From Candidatus Parcubacteria bacterium (lineage in GTDB: Bacteria; Patescibacteriota; Minisyncoccia; Phycocordibacterales; JBAYGS01), in contig JBDKKW010000002.1 in NCBI GenBank assembly GCA_039795895.1, positions 7,347 through 71,346 of the forward strand: a stretch of 64,000 bases of DNA, given 5' to 3'. The notes beneath the pieces were generated by a model. The model ran no database searches. It saw nothing but the letters and a program-made list of their open reading frames with translations, and was not told where the DNA came from. The translations under genes and the position numbers were made by a program. Below are positions 37,801 to 47,036 of the stretch, piece by piece. Position 1 is the first letter of the stretch, and each line of letters starts with the position of its first letter.

Positions 37801-38025
37801 TTACACAATATCCACCGAAATAATCTTTGATGGAGACTGATGCCCACTGACGATTCGTATCGCTTTTGCTCGCGGACCGAAATGTTCCCGCACAAGCGCA
37901 AGCACTCGCGTGTTCGCTCGATTTTGTTCCGCCGGCTCTTTTACCCGTATGTCAAAATGATCGTCCGCTATTTTGGTAAATTGCTCCTCTTTTGAGTCGG
38001 GAGTAACTTTGAGTTTGATATACAT
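37801..38025 (-). CDS. DUF167/YggU family protein
   Basis: 74 aa; the block IKLKVTPDSKEEQF ... DIRVKEPAEQNRANTRVLALVREHFG matches the YggU fold family. Confidence 0.6.
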   Translation of the reverse strand: MYIKLKVTPDSKEEQFTKIADDHFDIRVKEPAEQNRANTRVLALVREHFGPRAKAIRIVSGHQSPSKIISVDIV

Positions 38026-38067
38026 ATATGGAAGTATGCAGTAAAAAGTAAAATGTATAAAGGATAG

Positions 38068-38096
38068 AAAAAACCGCCCCTTTCGGAACGGTTTGT
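38068..38096 (-). terminator. Rho-independent terminator with GAAA tetraloop (minus strand)
   Basis: aaccgttccgaaaggggcggtt plus a T-run on the minus strand. Confidence 0.55.
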
Positions 38097-38109
38097 GAGC
38101 TGAAAAGTC

Positions 38110-38577
38110 TTACTGACTTTGCTGATACTCATTGAGGATCAGAATGAACGGGTATCGCCTACCCGTGTAGGCATAGCCTCGCAAAATATCCTTCATCCCG
38201 CGATGCTCTTCGTGATAGCCGAAGTTGAACGACAGTCGATTGGCCCACCAGTAATACCAGAAGCCTTCGGTTGCCACGAATTCTCGCCAGCCTCGCACAT
38301 TGAATTGCACCAGTTTGGCATTGTATCCGCGACCAGCCGATGAGACTTCGACTCTAATCGGTCGAGTGTCGATCTTTACCACTACCACCCACGGGGCAGT
38401 AATGTGCCATCCGCCAGTCTCCTGAAGCCACACATCACCCGTAATATAATTTCGGGCAATACCCGCTTGCGTGGGTTCGGTGTAGTTGAGGAGTGCACAG
38501 TAGCCAATGAGGATAAGCAGAGACGTTCCACCCCCGAGACCTACCCACTTTTGCCACTTGAGAAGAAAGTCTTTCAC
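38110..38577 (-). CDS. Membrane-anchored protein with truncated SPFH/band-7-like domain (paralog A)
   Basis: 155 aa with an N-terminal transmembrane segment. It shares blocks with the next gene: NAKLVQFN and LRGYAY. Confidence 0.5.
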   Translation of the reverse strand: MKDFLLKWQKWVGLGGGTSLLILIGYCALLNYTEPTQAGIARNYITGDVWLQETGGWHITAPWVVVVKIDTRPIRVEVSSAGRGYNAKLVQFNVRGWREFVATEGFWYYWWANRLSFNFGYHEEHRGMKDILRGYAYTGRRYPFILILNEYQQSQ

Positions 38578-39131
38578 TTCTTTCCTTGTGGTTGAGGGTG
38601 AGTCGCCGGTTGATTAGGAGTCGCAACCTGCACACGGATCGGCTGAACCGGCTGTGTCGGCAGTTGACCTTGATTGGGTTGAAGCACGCTGACCACCGTC
38701 AGAAACGGACAGTCGCGTCCCTCATCACGATCAAAGGCGTATGACTTGAGAATTTCAAGCATACCACTAGTGAGATCTCCCGCATCACGCCCATGCCAAT
38801 CAATAAAGGTTCTCAAACCTTCAGGATTAAACCTGACCAACTTCGCATTCAAGATGCGTGAATTTGCACTGATGGTCACCTGATGAGGACGGAGGTCGAT
38901 GGTGTGCACACTATTAATAACAGGTGTGCGAGTATACCATCCCGGCCGATCGATCGTCTCAATCTGGCCGGTGATACGGTTGTAGTTGAATCCGAGCTCG
39001 TGGACATCAACGTCAGTAACCCACCACATCCGCCAAGCCCCCACACCCAAGACACCGACCACAATAACCACACCCAGAAAAACCAGCAATTTGAAACCAA
39101 GGCTGGAGTCGGAGTTTGAATTTGAGTTCAT
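38574..39131 (-). CDS. Membrane-anchored protein with truncated SPFH/band-7-like domain (paralog B), Pro/Gln-rich C-terminus
   Basis: About 185 aa from MNSNSNS. It has HELGFNYNRITGQIETIDRPGWYTRTPVINSVHTIDLRP resembling the band-7 N-terminus, plus NAKLVRFNP and LKSYAF. Confidence 0.5.
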   Translation of the reverse strand: MNSNSNSDSSLGFKLLVFLGVVIVVGVLGVGAWRMWWVTDVDVHELGFNYNRITGQIETIDRPGWYTRTPVINSVHTIDLRPHQVTISANSRILNAKLVRFNPEGLRTFIDWHGRDAGDLTSGMLEILKSYAFDRDEGRDCPFLTVVSVLQPNQGQLPTQPVQPIRVQVATPNQPATHPQPQGKK

Positions 39132-39306
39132 TTTTTTCCTTTTCTTTCTTTGTTTGTTACAGTACCGCGCCAGAAAAAGCTCTAGCGTATTCCATTTACT
39201 ATTATACACATAAATACAAAGGTGTCAATAGATTCACTTTTCGCTTGCAATTACTCATAAAATATGCTATACTCTCCACAGATTCAAGCTCTGTCCCACG
39301 AAAATT

Positions 39307-39558
39307 ATGAAAAGATTCGCAAAGATCCTCGTGCTCACGATCATCCTGGCCTCGGTCGCAGTGGTCCACCACCATCACCGTAAGGAAATGGCACGGAAGC
39401 AGGCTATCGCGCAATTCCTCAAGTTCGTGAACGAGGAAATGCCGAAGCTCAACGAAGCAGACAAACGGCGAGGCTTCGTTGAATTCCCCGACATCCCCTT
39501 CCCGGTCATCACCGAAGAGGCCCCGAAGGTCCCCGCAAATGAGGCCTTCACCAAGTAG
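39307..39558 (+). CDS. Small secreted/membrane protein with His4 tract
   Basis: 83 aa with a signal-like N-terminus; terminator at 39573-39600. Confidence 0.5.
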   Translation: MKRFAKILVLTIILASVAVVHHHHRKEMARKQAIAQFLKFVNEEMPKLNEADKRRGFVEFPDIPFPVITEEAPKVPANEAFTK

Positions 39559-39572
39559 CACTCCTGCTACAC

Positions 39573-39600
39573 CCCACAGTCACTCTGTGGGTTTTCTTTT
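39573..39600 (+). terminator. Rho-independent terminator
   Basis: cccacagtcactctgtggg followed by ttttctttt. Confidence 0.65.
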
Positions 39601-39645
39601 TGAAAATTAAAACCGATCGATTTGGTCGAACGGTTTGTTGCAATC

Positions 39646-39903
39646 TCACTTCGCTTTCTTCTTTTTTTTCTTTGCCGGCACGACCACAAACTCACTGGGG
39701 TCATACCACGCCTCGTGTCCACCTTTGTGTTGCACCTTGTAGCACAAGCCGTGCGCATCACTGTGGGTAATGACGGTTCCCGTGATTTTCCACCGACGCT
39801 TTTCCCACGCTCCATCTGTCCACTCACTGCGCTTGTCGTGGTTGGGCTTGGTGGTTCGCACTGTGGTCCCGGGCGAAACGGGCGGATATTTCTTGGTGGC
39901 CAT
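39646..39903 (-). CDS. Small basic protein (85 aa), Lys-rich tail, hypothetical
   Basis: Likely start MATKKYPP at 39903; the C-terminus is AKKKKKKAK. Confidence 0.45.
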   Translation of the reverse strand: MATKKYPPVSPGTTVRTTKPNHDKRSEWTDGAWEKRRWKITGTVITHSDAHGLCYKVQHKGGHEAWYDPSEFVVVPAKKKKKKAK

Positions 39904-40135
39904 ACAGAATCCTTTCTTGTATTTATCTTGGTTGCAGAACAATTCAGACGAAAACGTAGCACACAATACCATACAAATCAAATGGGTCGACAGATGACTC
40001 TTGACAAACAATCTATAGTATGCTAGCTTGCAGACATCCGGAACTAATTTCGGAAAACTCAAGCGTAAGACGCATACTTAGGCGTTTTGGCATGGGAGCA
40101 CATCGAAAACAAAAAAGAAAGAAAAGGATAGTATT

Positions 40136-40615
40136 ATGAAAAAGCAAGCGTTCCTCGGCGGTTCATGCAACCCCACCGTCTGGCGTGCCGAGATCGCGAT
40201 CCCTGCCTTTTTGGCTGCGGGTGTCGCCTTCTACAACCCCCAGGTGGATGATTGGAACGAAAAGGACGCCGCCTACAAGGCCGCGGGCATTGTCGGAGGC
40301 ATCACGGAAGTCGAGGGCAACGAAAAGCGTGATTCGCAAGAACTGCTTTTCGTCATCGACAGTCAGACCCGGGCCATCGCCTCGATCCTCGAAGCGACCG
40401 AATATGCCGCGAGTGGTCGCCAGGTCACACTGGTGATCAACAACATCCCGGACGGCACAGTGGTCGAAAATCAGACCATCACCGGACGCGAGCTGAAGGA
40501 TCTGAATCGCGCTCGGTCGTATCTCCTGGATGTGGCCAAGCGCCACTCGGGAAACGTCAGCGTGTTTCCGGACGTCGAGAGCGCTGTCGCTCACCTCATC
40601 GAAAAACTCAAGTAA
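40136..40615 (+). CDS. Nucleoside 2-deoxyribosyltransferase-like (NDT-like) Rossmannoid protein, GC-rich
   Basis: N-terminal FLGGSCNPT (compare NDT YFGAGWFTD) and LLFVIDSQTRAIASILEATEYAASGRQV (compare GLGMELGYALSQGKYV, which carries the catalytic Glu). Its GC content is well above that of the flanks. Confidence 0.5.
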   Translation: MKKQAFLGGSCNPTVWRAEIAIPAFLAAGVAFYNPQVDDWNEKDAAYKAAGIVGGITEVEGNEKRDSQELLFVIDSQTRAIASILEATEYAASGRQVTLVINNIPDGTVVENQTITGRELKDLNRARSYLLDVAKRHSGNVSVFPDVESAVAHLIEKLK

Positions 40616-40740
40616 GCTTTTGTCTGCCTACGGGTAGACGAGAGCAAGTATGTTTCTGCCAAACTAGCTTTTGGTGGAAAGATACCGTCTGCCCTGCAGA
40701 CAAAACACCGTCGGCACATTTGTGCTGGCGGTTTTTTATT

Positions 40741-43587
40741 TTATCTTCCTTGAGAGAGTGTCGTTTCGAGTGTTTGTTCCAAACCTTGTAGGTCGGTGGC
40801 AATAATGTGCGACATCTTTTCTTTTGCTAACTTAAGAAAGGTAATAAAAAAGTCTCGATACACTTTATAGTCATCATTTTCTGCTAATTCTTGGCTTCCA
40901 AAATCTTTTTTCAAGAATTCTTGCAAAGTCTCAACTCCCATCTGACTCTTAAGAATCTCAAGAATCGCCTTATCGGGACTTGTCGCTGATAAGATTGAAT
41001 CAATATGAGGAACCAATGCACTTGCCACCTCAGCAAAACGTCCGGTGTCACTCACCAAAACCAACCCTGCGTTTCTTTTAAGCGCCTCATTGATTTCCAT
41101 AATACTATACAGACCTCCGTTGCCGACCACCAACACCTGCTTTTGTCCCACACTCATCCGGTGATACAGCGCCTCCATATACGCAATATGGGTAATATAT
41201 TTTGAAGTATATTTATCCAAACCCCTCTTATTCCACTCTGCTGGAATAGGTGTCACAAGAGTATCAACAGGGGTATTTGCATATACTGAACCATCACCTT
41301 CCGCAACAAACCTATTTCCTGGAAAGTAGACACTCCCTCCTGGATTGATGGCGAAAAAATGTGCGCGATCAGCGTGCGCCAAATGGCCATACTGCCTACC
41401 ATACTCGATGTTTAATTGCCCAAAGACCGTGCCTATTCCTGATTGTGTCCCTGGCACACCGACATTAGCCTTATGCGCATGAGCGACACGACCAACCGTG
41501 TCACCAAAGATTTGCAACGGATTCACGACCCCGTCCAAATGTTTACACCCACCAATAATATTAATCAGAGGCCTATCACGATCAATCCTCAATGCATCGA
41601 GACATGACTCCTCAATATGAAATGGAATAGTTTGACTAGGATCATTCAACCGATACTCAAGTGACACCATACGGGCAGTCACGCCTTGATTACTTACTGC
41701 CTCATCGAAACCAGTAGGACAGATCTTGCGAGCTCCTACGATAAATGCATCATCAAATACTACATCAGTGGTTTGCACCTCGGGAGAAAACTTTTCCTCA
41801 AAATGTCTCTGACTAAGAATATTTTTATAGAGGAAGGTTGAGTATTCCTCTTTTGCTTGTTCAAAAAGAGCAATCAGTGCGTTTGTAGAATCAGAGTCAG
41901 AAGGCGACTGTCTAACCTTATCATACAAACTGTTCGCGACCGCATATTTCTCAGAAACGTTATTCAATACAAAATGAAGACAATTTTCAATAGAATCAGA
42001 TACATACATGTCTTTCCGCAAGCTCTCTAGCGAGTTTGAAAAAGAGTGAAAAATTCGCAAAGCACTCTCGAGACCGTCGTACGATGCGCGATCAAACATC
42101 GGCATCCTCTCAAAAACACCTCTTACGTGTGGTGGTATATGCTTTTTCTCATTGATCAGTACTCGCGCAAGCACCGCATCATGCATAACCCCCACAAATG
42201 AATGTTGGTCGCCTTCCTTAGACTTTTTATATTGTCCGCGAAAGACCGCATATCGATCAGCCTCAGATGTTTGTCCGGTATGTGAGAGAAAATGGTGGAC
42301 CAATTTTACAATATTGTAATAATTAGGACTATTCAATATCTTCGATTCCACCTCATACGAATCAGTAGCGACTCGATTTGCCGAGTACCCAGATAATTCA
42401 ACCGACTCCTTTGTATAGATATAACCACTTATTAAGCTCGTCATCTCTTCTGCGAGTTGCATAATCAACACACACTCCTCTTTTGATTGAGCCTGTTCAA
42501 TGATACCGTCGGGAAGTATCCACCCGTTCTCAACAACACTACGCGCCACCGATGCGGGACCAGTTTTTTTTACATACTCAAAAAAAGTATTTTCGGCACA
42601 ACCTACTCGTGTCAAAAACTGCCCATCTTGATTCTGCTGTATTACACCAACAGTACCGCGTTCATTATTTGTTTTAGCCCGTTGAACTTTTAGTTCAGTG
42701 ACCGAATCAGCGTCGAGCCAATTTCCACGTTCAAATTCAGTAATTGTCGCATCATCAATCAAGCCATATGGTAGATGCGAATAAAAACCAGAAAAAGTGA
42801 TCGAGATACCGTTTGAATCCAACAAAATATGTGCTCGATCTTTGACGCGTAACGGCTCCGCTCTACGAGACATAAAAAGATGATTGATGATTCGGGCACG
42901 CTCACGACGAGCTTCGTGTATCAATTCCCCGCCCTCGAGTGTTCGAAGCGTATTAATACACTGTATAATCTTTTGTGGCTCAACACTTTTAAACTTTTTC
43001 TTAGTGAAAATTTCTTCGGGCACAAAACCCAGCTCACAAATAAGATCCTCAATTACTGTCGGATTATTGAACAGCGGATCAATCAAATCGATCCATTTAT
43101 TACTCTGGACATCGAGTATTCTTGCACACTCTTGTTGTAAATCGACTAGATATGTTTCTTGGGTGGTATTCGGGTTTTTATCCAAAAAAGAAAGTCTTTC
43201 GTATAATGCAACCGCACTTACTCCCTTGAGTGATTCTGGGGTCATTTGCGCAGGAACCTCCGTATCAACACCACTACCTGTACCTAGTGTCGACGACCAT
43301 TCCAACAACCCTCGCATAAACACTGCCTCAGCACTTTCCCCTTCAGCGACCAAATGGCGGAGATCTGCCCCTTTGTGTCCATTCAAGTGAGAAAGTAGTC
43401 TAATATTTTCCCCAACAACAGACTTTTGTTCTGGAGACAAAGCATCAAACCACGCATGGTCGACGGATTCGATGGTGACACCATCATCTCCCCGACTCAC
43501 ACCAAAAACAATATCATCTATTCGCGTATGCATATCCTGACTAACGGAATCATCAGCCGATGTTGTTGTAATTATCTTTTCAGGCAT
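40741..43587 (-). CDS. Large multidomain protein (948 aa) with C-terminal SLOG/LOG-like nucleotide-binding domain
   Basis: C-terminal motifs INIIGGCKHLDGVV (GGxxxG) and VVGNGGLYSIMEINEAL (PGGxGTxEE-like) suggest the LOG/SLOG/DprA Rossmannoid superfamily. The N-terminal 650 aa are unassigned. Confidence 0.6.
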   Translation of the reverse strand: MPEKIITTTSADDSVSQDMHTRIDDIVFGVSRGDDGVTIESVDHAWFDALSPEQKSVVGENIRLLSHLNGHKGADLRHLVAEGESAEAVFMRGLLEWSSTLGTGSGVDTEVPAQMTPESLKGVSAVALYERLSFLDKNPNTTQETYLVDLQQECARILDVQSNKWIDLIDPLFNNPTVIEDLICELGFVPEEIFTKKKFKSVEPQKIIQCINTLRTLEGGELIHEARRERARIINHLFMSRRAEPLRVKDRAHILLDSNGISITFSGFYSHLPYGLIDDATITEFERGNWLDADSVTELKVQRAKTNNERGTVGVIQQNQDGQFLTRVGCAENTFFEYVKKTGPASVARSVVENGWILPDGIIEQAQSKEECVLIMQLAEEMTSLISGYIYTKESVELSGYSANRVATDSYEVESKILNSPNYYNIVKLVHHFLSHTGQTSEADRYAVFRGQYKKSKEGDQHSFVGVMHDAVLARVLINEKKHIPPHVRGVFERMPMFDRASYDGLESALRIFHSFSNSLESLRKDMYVSDSIENCLHFVLNNVSEKYAVANSLYDKVRQSPSDSDSTNALIALFEQAKEEYSTFLYKNILSQRHFEEKFSPEVQTTDVVFDDAFIVGARKICPTGFDEAVSNQGVTARMVSLEYRLNDPSQTIPFHIEESCLDALRIDRDRPLINIIGGCKHLDGVVNPLQIFGDTVGRVAHAHKANVGVPGTQSGIGTVFGQLNIEYGRQYGHLAHADRAHFFAINPGGSVYFPGNRFVAEGDGSVYANTPVDTLVTPIPAEWNKRGLDKYTSKYITHIAYMEALYHRMSVGQKQVLVVGNGGLYSIMEINEALKRNAGLVLVSDTGRFAEVASALVPHIDSILSATSPDKAILEILKSQMGVETLQEFLKKDFGSQELAENDDYKVYRDFFITFLKLAKEKMSHIIATDLQGLEQTLETTLSQGR

Positions 43588-43726
43588 TATAAGGTTTATT
43601 CTATCAGCTCAACGTCTTTACGCCAATAATACCCGCACAGACAACCTAATGAAAAATCGACTTTGATTTTTTCTCCAAGTTTGATAGTATACGAGCGTTG
43701 CGTTGCAGAAGCATCACAACACCTAT

Positions 43727-43799
43727 TCCGTGGTAGCTCAGCTGGTAGAGCGCCTCGCTGTTAACGAGGATGTCCTTGGTTCGATCCCAAGCCACGGAG
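43727..43799 (+). tRNA. tRNA-Asn (anticodon GTT)
   Basis: TCCGTGGTAGCTCAGCTGGTAGAGCGCCTCGCTGTTAACGAGG...GGTTCGATCCCAAGCCACGGAG; 7-bp acceptor stem, anticodon loop CTGTTAA, discriminator G. Confidence 0.85.
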
Positions 43800-45503
43800 C
43801 AAAGTTGGACAGACCGAGGCAAAAACCTCGGTTTTGTCTTTATCTGCCTCACACAATCTAGGTTCGAACGCTTCATTTTGTGACTTTGCTGTAAGTAAGC
43901 CCTTAGAGATGATCGAGAACACATCTTTGTTGGTAATACTGAGTTTTTTAGTCTTTAGAATTAGGTTCGAACCGAGAGCCGACAATGCCTCTTGTTTCTC
44001 CTCAAAGGTGCCTGTACGGAAGATTTCACTCAGTCCGACGATCAACTTGAAGGCTTTCTTTGTTTCTTCAAAGTTCGCGGTATCAACTCCGCCAATGTCA
44101 GCGAGTACTTGCTTGATTCTACGCTTATCATTCTCAAGCGACTCTTTGTGTTTTAAGAATTCGTCGTCATTTTCAATAAGTCCCTTCATGCGCATGCGCA
44201 CCAATTCCTGAGACTCACGCTCTTTTTGTGCCAACTCTCGCTCCCATGTACCTTTACGCTCATATTCAGTTTGCCGATCTTGTGTAGCAAGGGTCTCAAG
44301 ATTTTGAATACACCACTGACTCAACGCTTCCGAAACCTCAAGTTTCTTTTGTAGCTCTTCAATCATTGTGTCGTCAATGTGTGACTCACTAACACTCCGC
44401 TCCGGACACGTTTCATCCCTTCGCTTGGTGCAGTGATAGAAAATATAATGAAGATAGGTCGGATGATCCATCTTTTCGATTTTAGTTTCGCACTTGGGGC
44501 ATACCTCACGATTTTTATACGCAAACTTAAATTTGCACTCAAAACAAATAAGTTGATGTTTATGCTCGGCGGTCACGGATCCACCGCAGGTACCACATTT
44601 CGTCCGGCCTCGGTACGGAAACATCTTGATGTTCACACTCGGACACGGCTGACCCTTTCGGCCCAGCATTGCTTGAATCTGCCAATATTGAGCCTCTGTG
44701 ATCATTCTCGGGACAGTCTCATCTACTTCATAGCGTTTAGATTCCCTGTTTTCATCCAATCCGTAAAAGAAACCTGCATAGTATGGGTCTTTAAGCATGG
44801 CATAAATTCGAGAGAGCTTGATAGCCGTGCCACCCTCTTTCTGCCGTCGAATTGTTTTTAATCCCATGACTTCATCAGAGTATTTGAGTAGTGACCGTAC
44901 AGAATATTTACCCGTTAGATACATCTCAAGAAGTTTCTTGACCAATGGAAAGCGATCGGGGTCAACCACGATGCGTCGCTCCCCTTTCTTTCCGTAATCG
45001 TTGATATAGCCAGGCTTTGCAATGCCACCAGGAATACCCATTTCATTTTTCTTGCGAAGGCCTCGCTGAACATCGATACCTTTTGAATCGTTTTCCATCT
45101 TTGCCTGGCTCGTAAGCATACTAAAGAAGAATTTATCTTGTGGTGTATTCCGATAAACCTGACTTGGTGTAACAATTTCGTGTAGGTGACCTTTATCCAT
45201 CTGCTCAATGAGTCGCGCAGCGTCGATGGCGTTTCGAGCAAAGCGATTTGGATGCCACCCGATAACTCCTTGTACTTTTTTCTGTTCAATGTCTCGGATC
45301 AATTGCTCAAAAACAGGACGCGTATAAGCCGTTTTTGCTGAGTGAGATTCGTGCAATATCTGATCATCAGAAAGGTGAATCTTTCTACTCTCAGCGAGCT
45401 TGCGTAGTTCATTGACTTGAGAATCAATCGACAGAACTTGTTTATCATCTGCCTCACTGGACTTGCGCGCATAAAGTCGATAGTTTATTTTTGTTGTTGT
45501 CAT
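43761..45503 (-). mobile_element. Large serine recombinase (resolvase/invertase N-domain, recombinase domain, zinc ribbon)
   Basis: YARKSS catalytic Ser region; recombinase domain; Cys cluster CGTCGG...CFECKFKF...CPKCETKI. The 3' end of the ORF overlaps the tRNA-Asn 3' half by about 39 nt. Confidence 0.85.
43812..43840 (+). terminator. Rho-independent terminator after tRNA-Asn
   Basis: ccgaggcaaaaacctcgg followed by ttttgtcttt. Confidence 0.6.
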
Positions 45504-45922
45504 AAATCAAAAAGTCTAAAATAATAAAGATAATATCCTCATACACTATCAAGATTTTCTTATGTAGTCTGCATTTTTGTGAAGAATTAATTAATAAATA
45601 CTGATACACGGCCGACCGCTCTTAGCCCCCACGAACCCACTCTCCCCCTACCCCCATGGTTGGTACCATTGGAGCTTCGCCGTGCCTTTGATCCGTTTTT
45701 TCTCGGAGGCGACTTGGTTTTAGTTGTGGTACCGCCTAGCGCAAGCGCTCCCGGCCCCGTACATAATTGCGTTAAAAACCTCTCGCTACACCGCAATTAG
45801 AGGTGGCTTAATGTTGTACCGATACCCGGCATCCCAATCTTGTGGGATCACAAAGCCTTCCTATGTCTATTTTATTTTTACAAGCCCCACATAGGTTCGC
45901 CCAGGGCTTGAATGGGCGTGCT

Positions 45923-46174
45923 CTATTGCACACTGGTATTTGCCACAAGAGAGTTTTCCTCTCTTGCTTGAACGAACGCCACCTTTGCATTCGCTCGAGC
46001 AAGAACAGAAAGTCCGACACGTGTCAGGCGCAACAAAGACATACCAAGCTCGACTGCTTGGTCATCAGAAATCGATACGCCGTTTTCGTTGAGTACGATT
46101 TCTTTTAATTCTTTTGTGGCTTTTTGTGACAACATAAAAAGACCCCTCAATCTTAAAGGGGGCTTTTCATTCAA
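45923..46174 (-). CDS. Small hypothetical protein (83 aa)
   Basis: ORF between the recombinase and the regulator; no motif identified. Confidence 0.3.
   Translation of the reverse strand: MNEKPPLRLRGLFMLSQKATKELKEIVLNENGVSISDDQAVELGMSLLRLTRVGLSVLARANAKVAFVQAREENSLVANTSVQ
46140..46172 (-). terminator. Rho-independent terminator for the regulator gene
   Basis: gccccctttaagattgaggggtc plus a T-run on the minus strand. Confidence 0.5.
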
Positions 46175-46194
46175 TATTCATTCATTAATATGAA

Positions 46195-46905
46195 TCAGAA
46201 TTTTTTATTCAACTCTAGCTTCCAGCCAGTCTTTGCTGAATTGAAAATAACCTTATGGCCAAAGGCTTCCTTCAGTCTTTTGTGTAATTCACTTACATAC
46301 TTTGCAACAGTTTGATTAGATATTCCCAACCGCTTATCTGAAGAGAAAATCTCATCTTTAATATCATCAATATTAACAACCTTCCCATGATTATTCATAA
46401 ATAATCGACAGAGGACAGTGAGTTGCCCCCTGAGGGAAACATCTTTTCCTTTATATTTAATTGAGCCATCGACACAAGCACTCAGATCGTAAATCTTTAT
46501 CTCATCTTTGATACGTGCTGTGCGTAATTGCCTTCTAACAATTTGTTCTTTAATCTCCTCAAAATAAAGATCTAACTTAGAAGAATCGTCCACATGTACT
46601 ACAAAGCCAAGTACAGACGGAGGTCGTGGTACAGGGAAAAAATTATCACGACTCGCCATGAGAGAACTACCTGGAGGTATACCCGCCTCAATAGAAGAAG
46701 TACACTCCCTAAAAGAAATGAGGTTTTTCGTCCCTTCACTAACCAACCCTAGAGTTTTTCTTAATCCGTCCCTATCTCTCAACAAAGGATCATCTTTAAT
46801 TCTATGGAAAATAAACTTAACTGATTCCTTGTCCGACCCTCTTAGTTCCATACGAAGAATCTCGTGCACTCTTTCTATCTTTAAAATTTGGAGGTCTTTT
46901 TCCAT
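46195..46905 (-). CDS. Transcriptional regulator with C-terminal OmpR/PhoB-type winged-helix DNA-binding domain
   Basis: C-terminal RLGISNQTVAKYVSELHKRLKEAFGHKVIFNSAKTGWKLE resembles the trans_reg_C pattern. The N-terminal domain is unknown. Confidence 0.6.
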   Translation of the reverse strand: MEKDLQILKIERVHEILRMELRGSDKESVKFIFHRIKDDPLLRDRDGLRKTLGLVSEGTKNLISFRECTSSIEAGIPPGSSLMASRDNFFPVPRPPSVLGFVVHVDDSSKLDLYFEEIKEQIVRRQLRTARIKDEIKIYDLSACVDGSIKYKGKDVSLRGQLTVLCRLFMNNHGKVVNIDDIKDEIFSSDKRLGISNQTVAKYVSELHKRLKEAFGHKVIFNSAKTGWKLELNKKF

Positions 46906-47036
46906 ATTTTTAATACTAATCTCTTTAGGCCCAAATATGCAAGCTTTCGCAAGAATTGATTGTACGAATTGCAGTTAAGATGTTAAACTTTACAATACAA
47001 CTGAATATGGCCTAACCCGTTGATTTTATCAACGGT

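Noticed and set aside
39993-40030. Sigma-70 promoter call at TTGACA...TATAGT upstream of 39903
   Set aside because: The spacing between the -35-like and -10-like hexamers (7 or 12 nt) is wrong, and CPR promoter consensus is uncertain, so this is left uncalled.
43646-43924. ORF 43646-43924 (-)
   Set aside because: It overlaps tRNA-Asn and its terminator and has no coding features.
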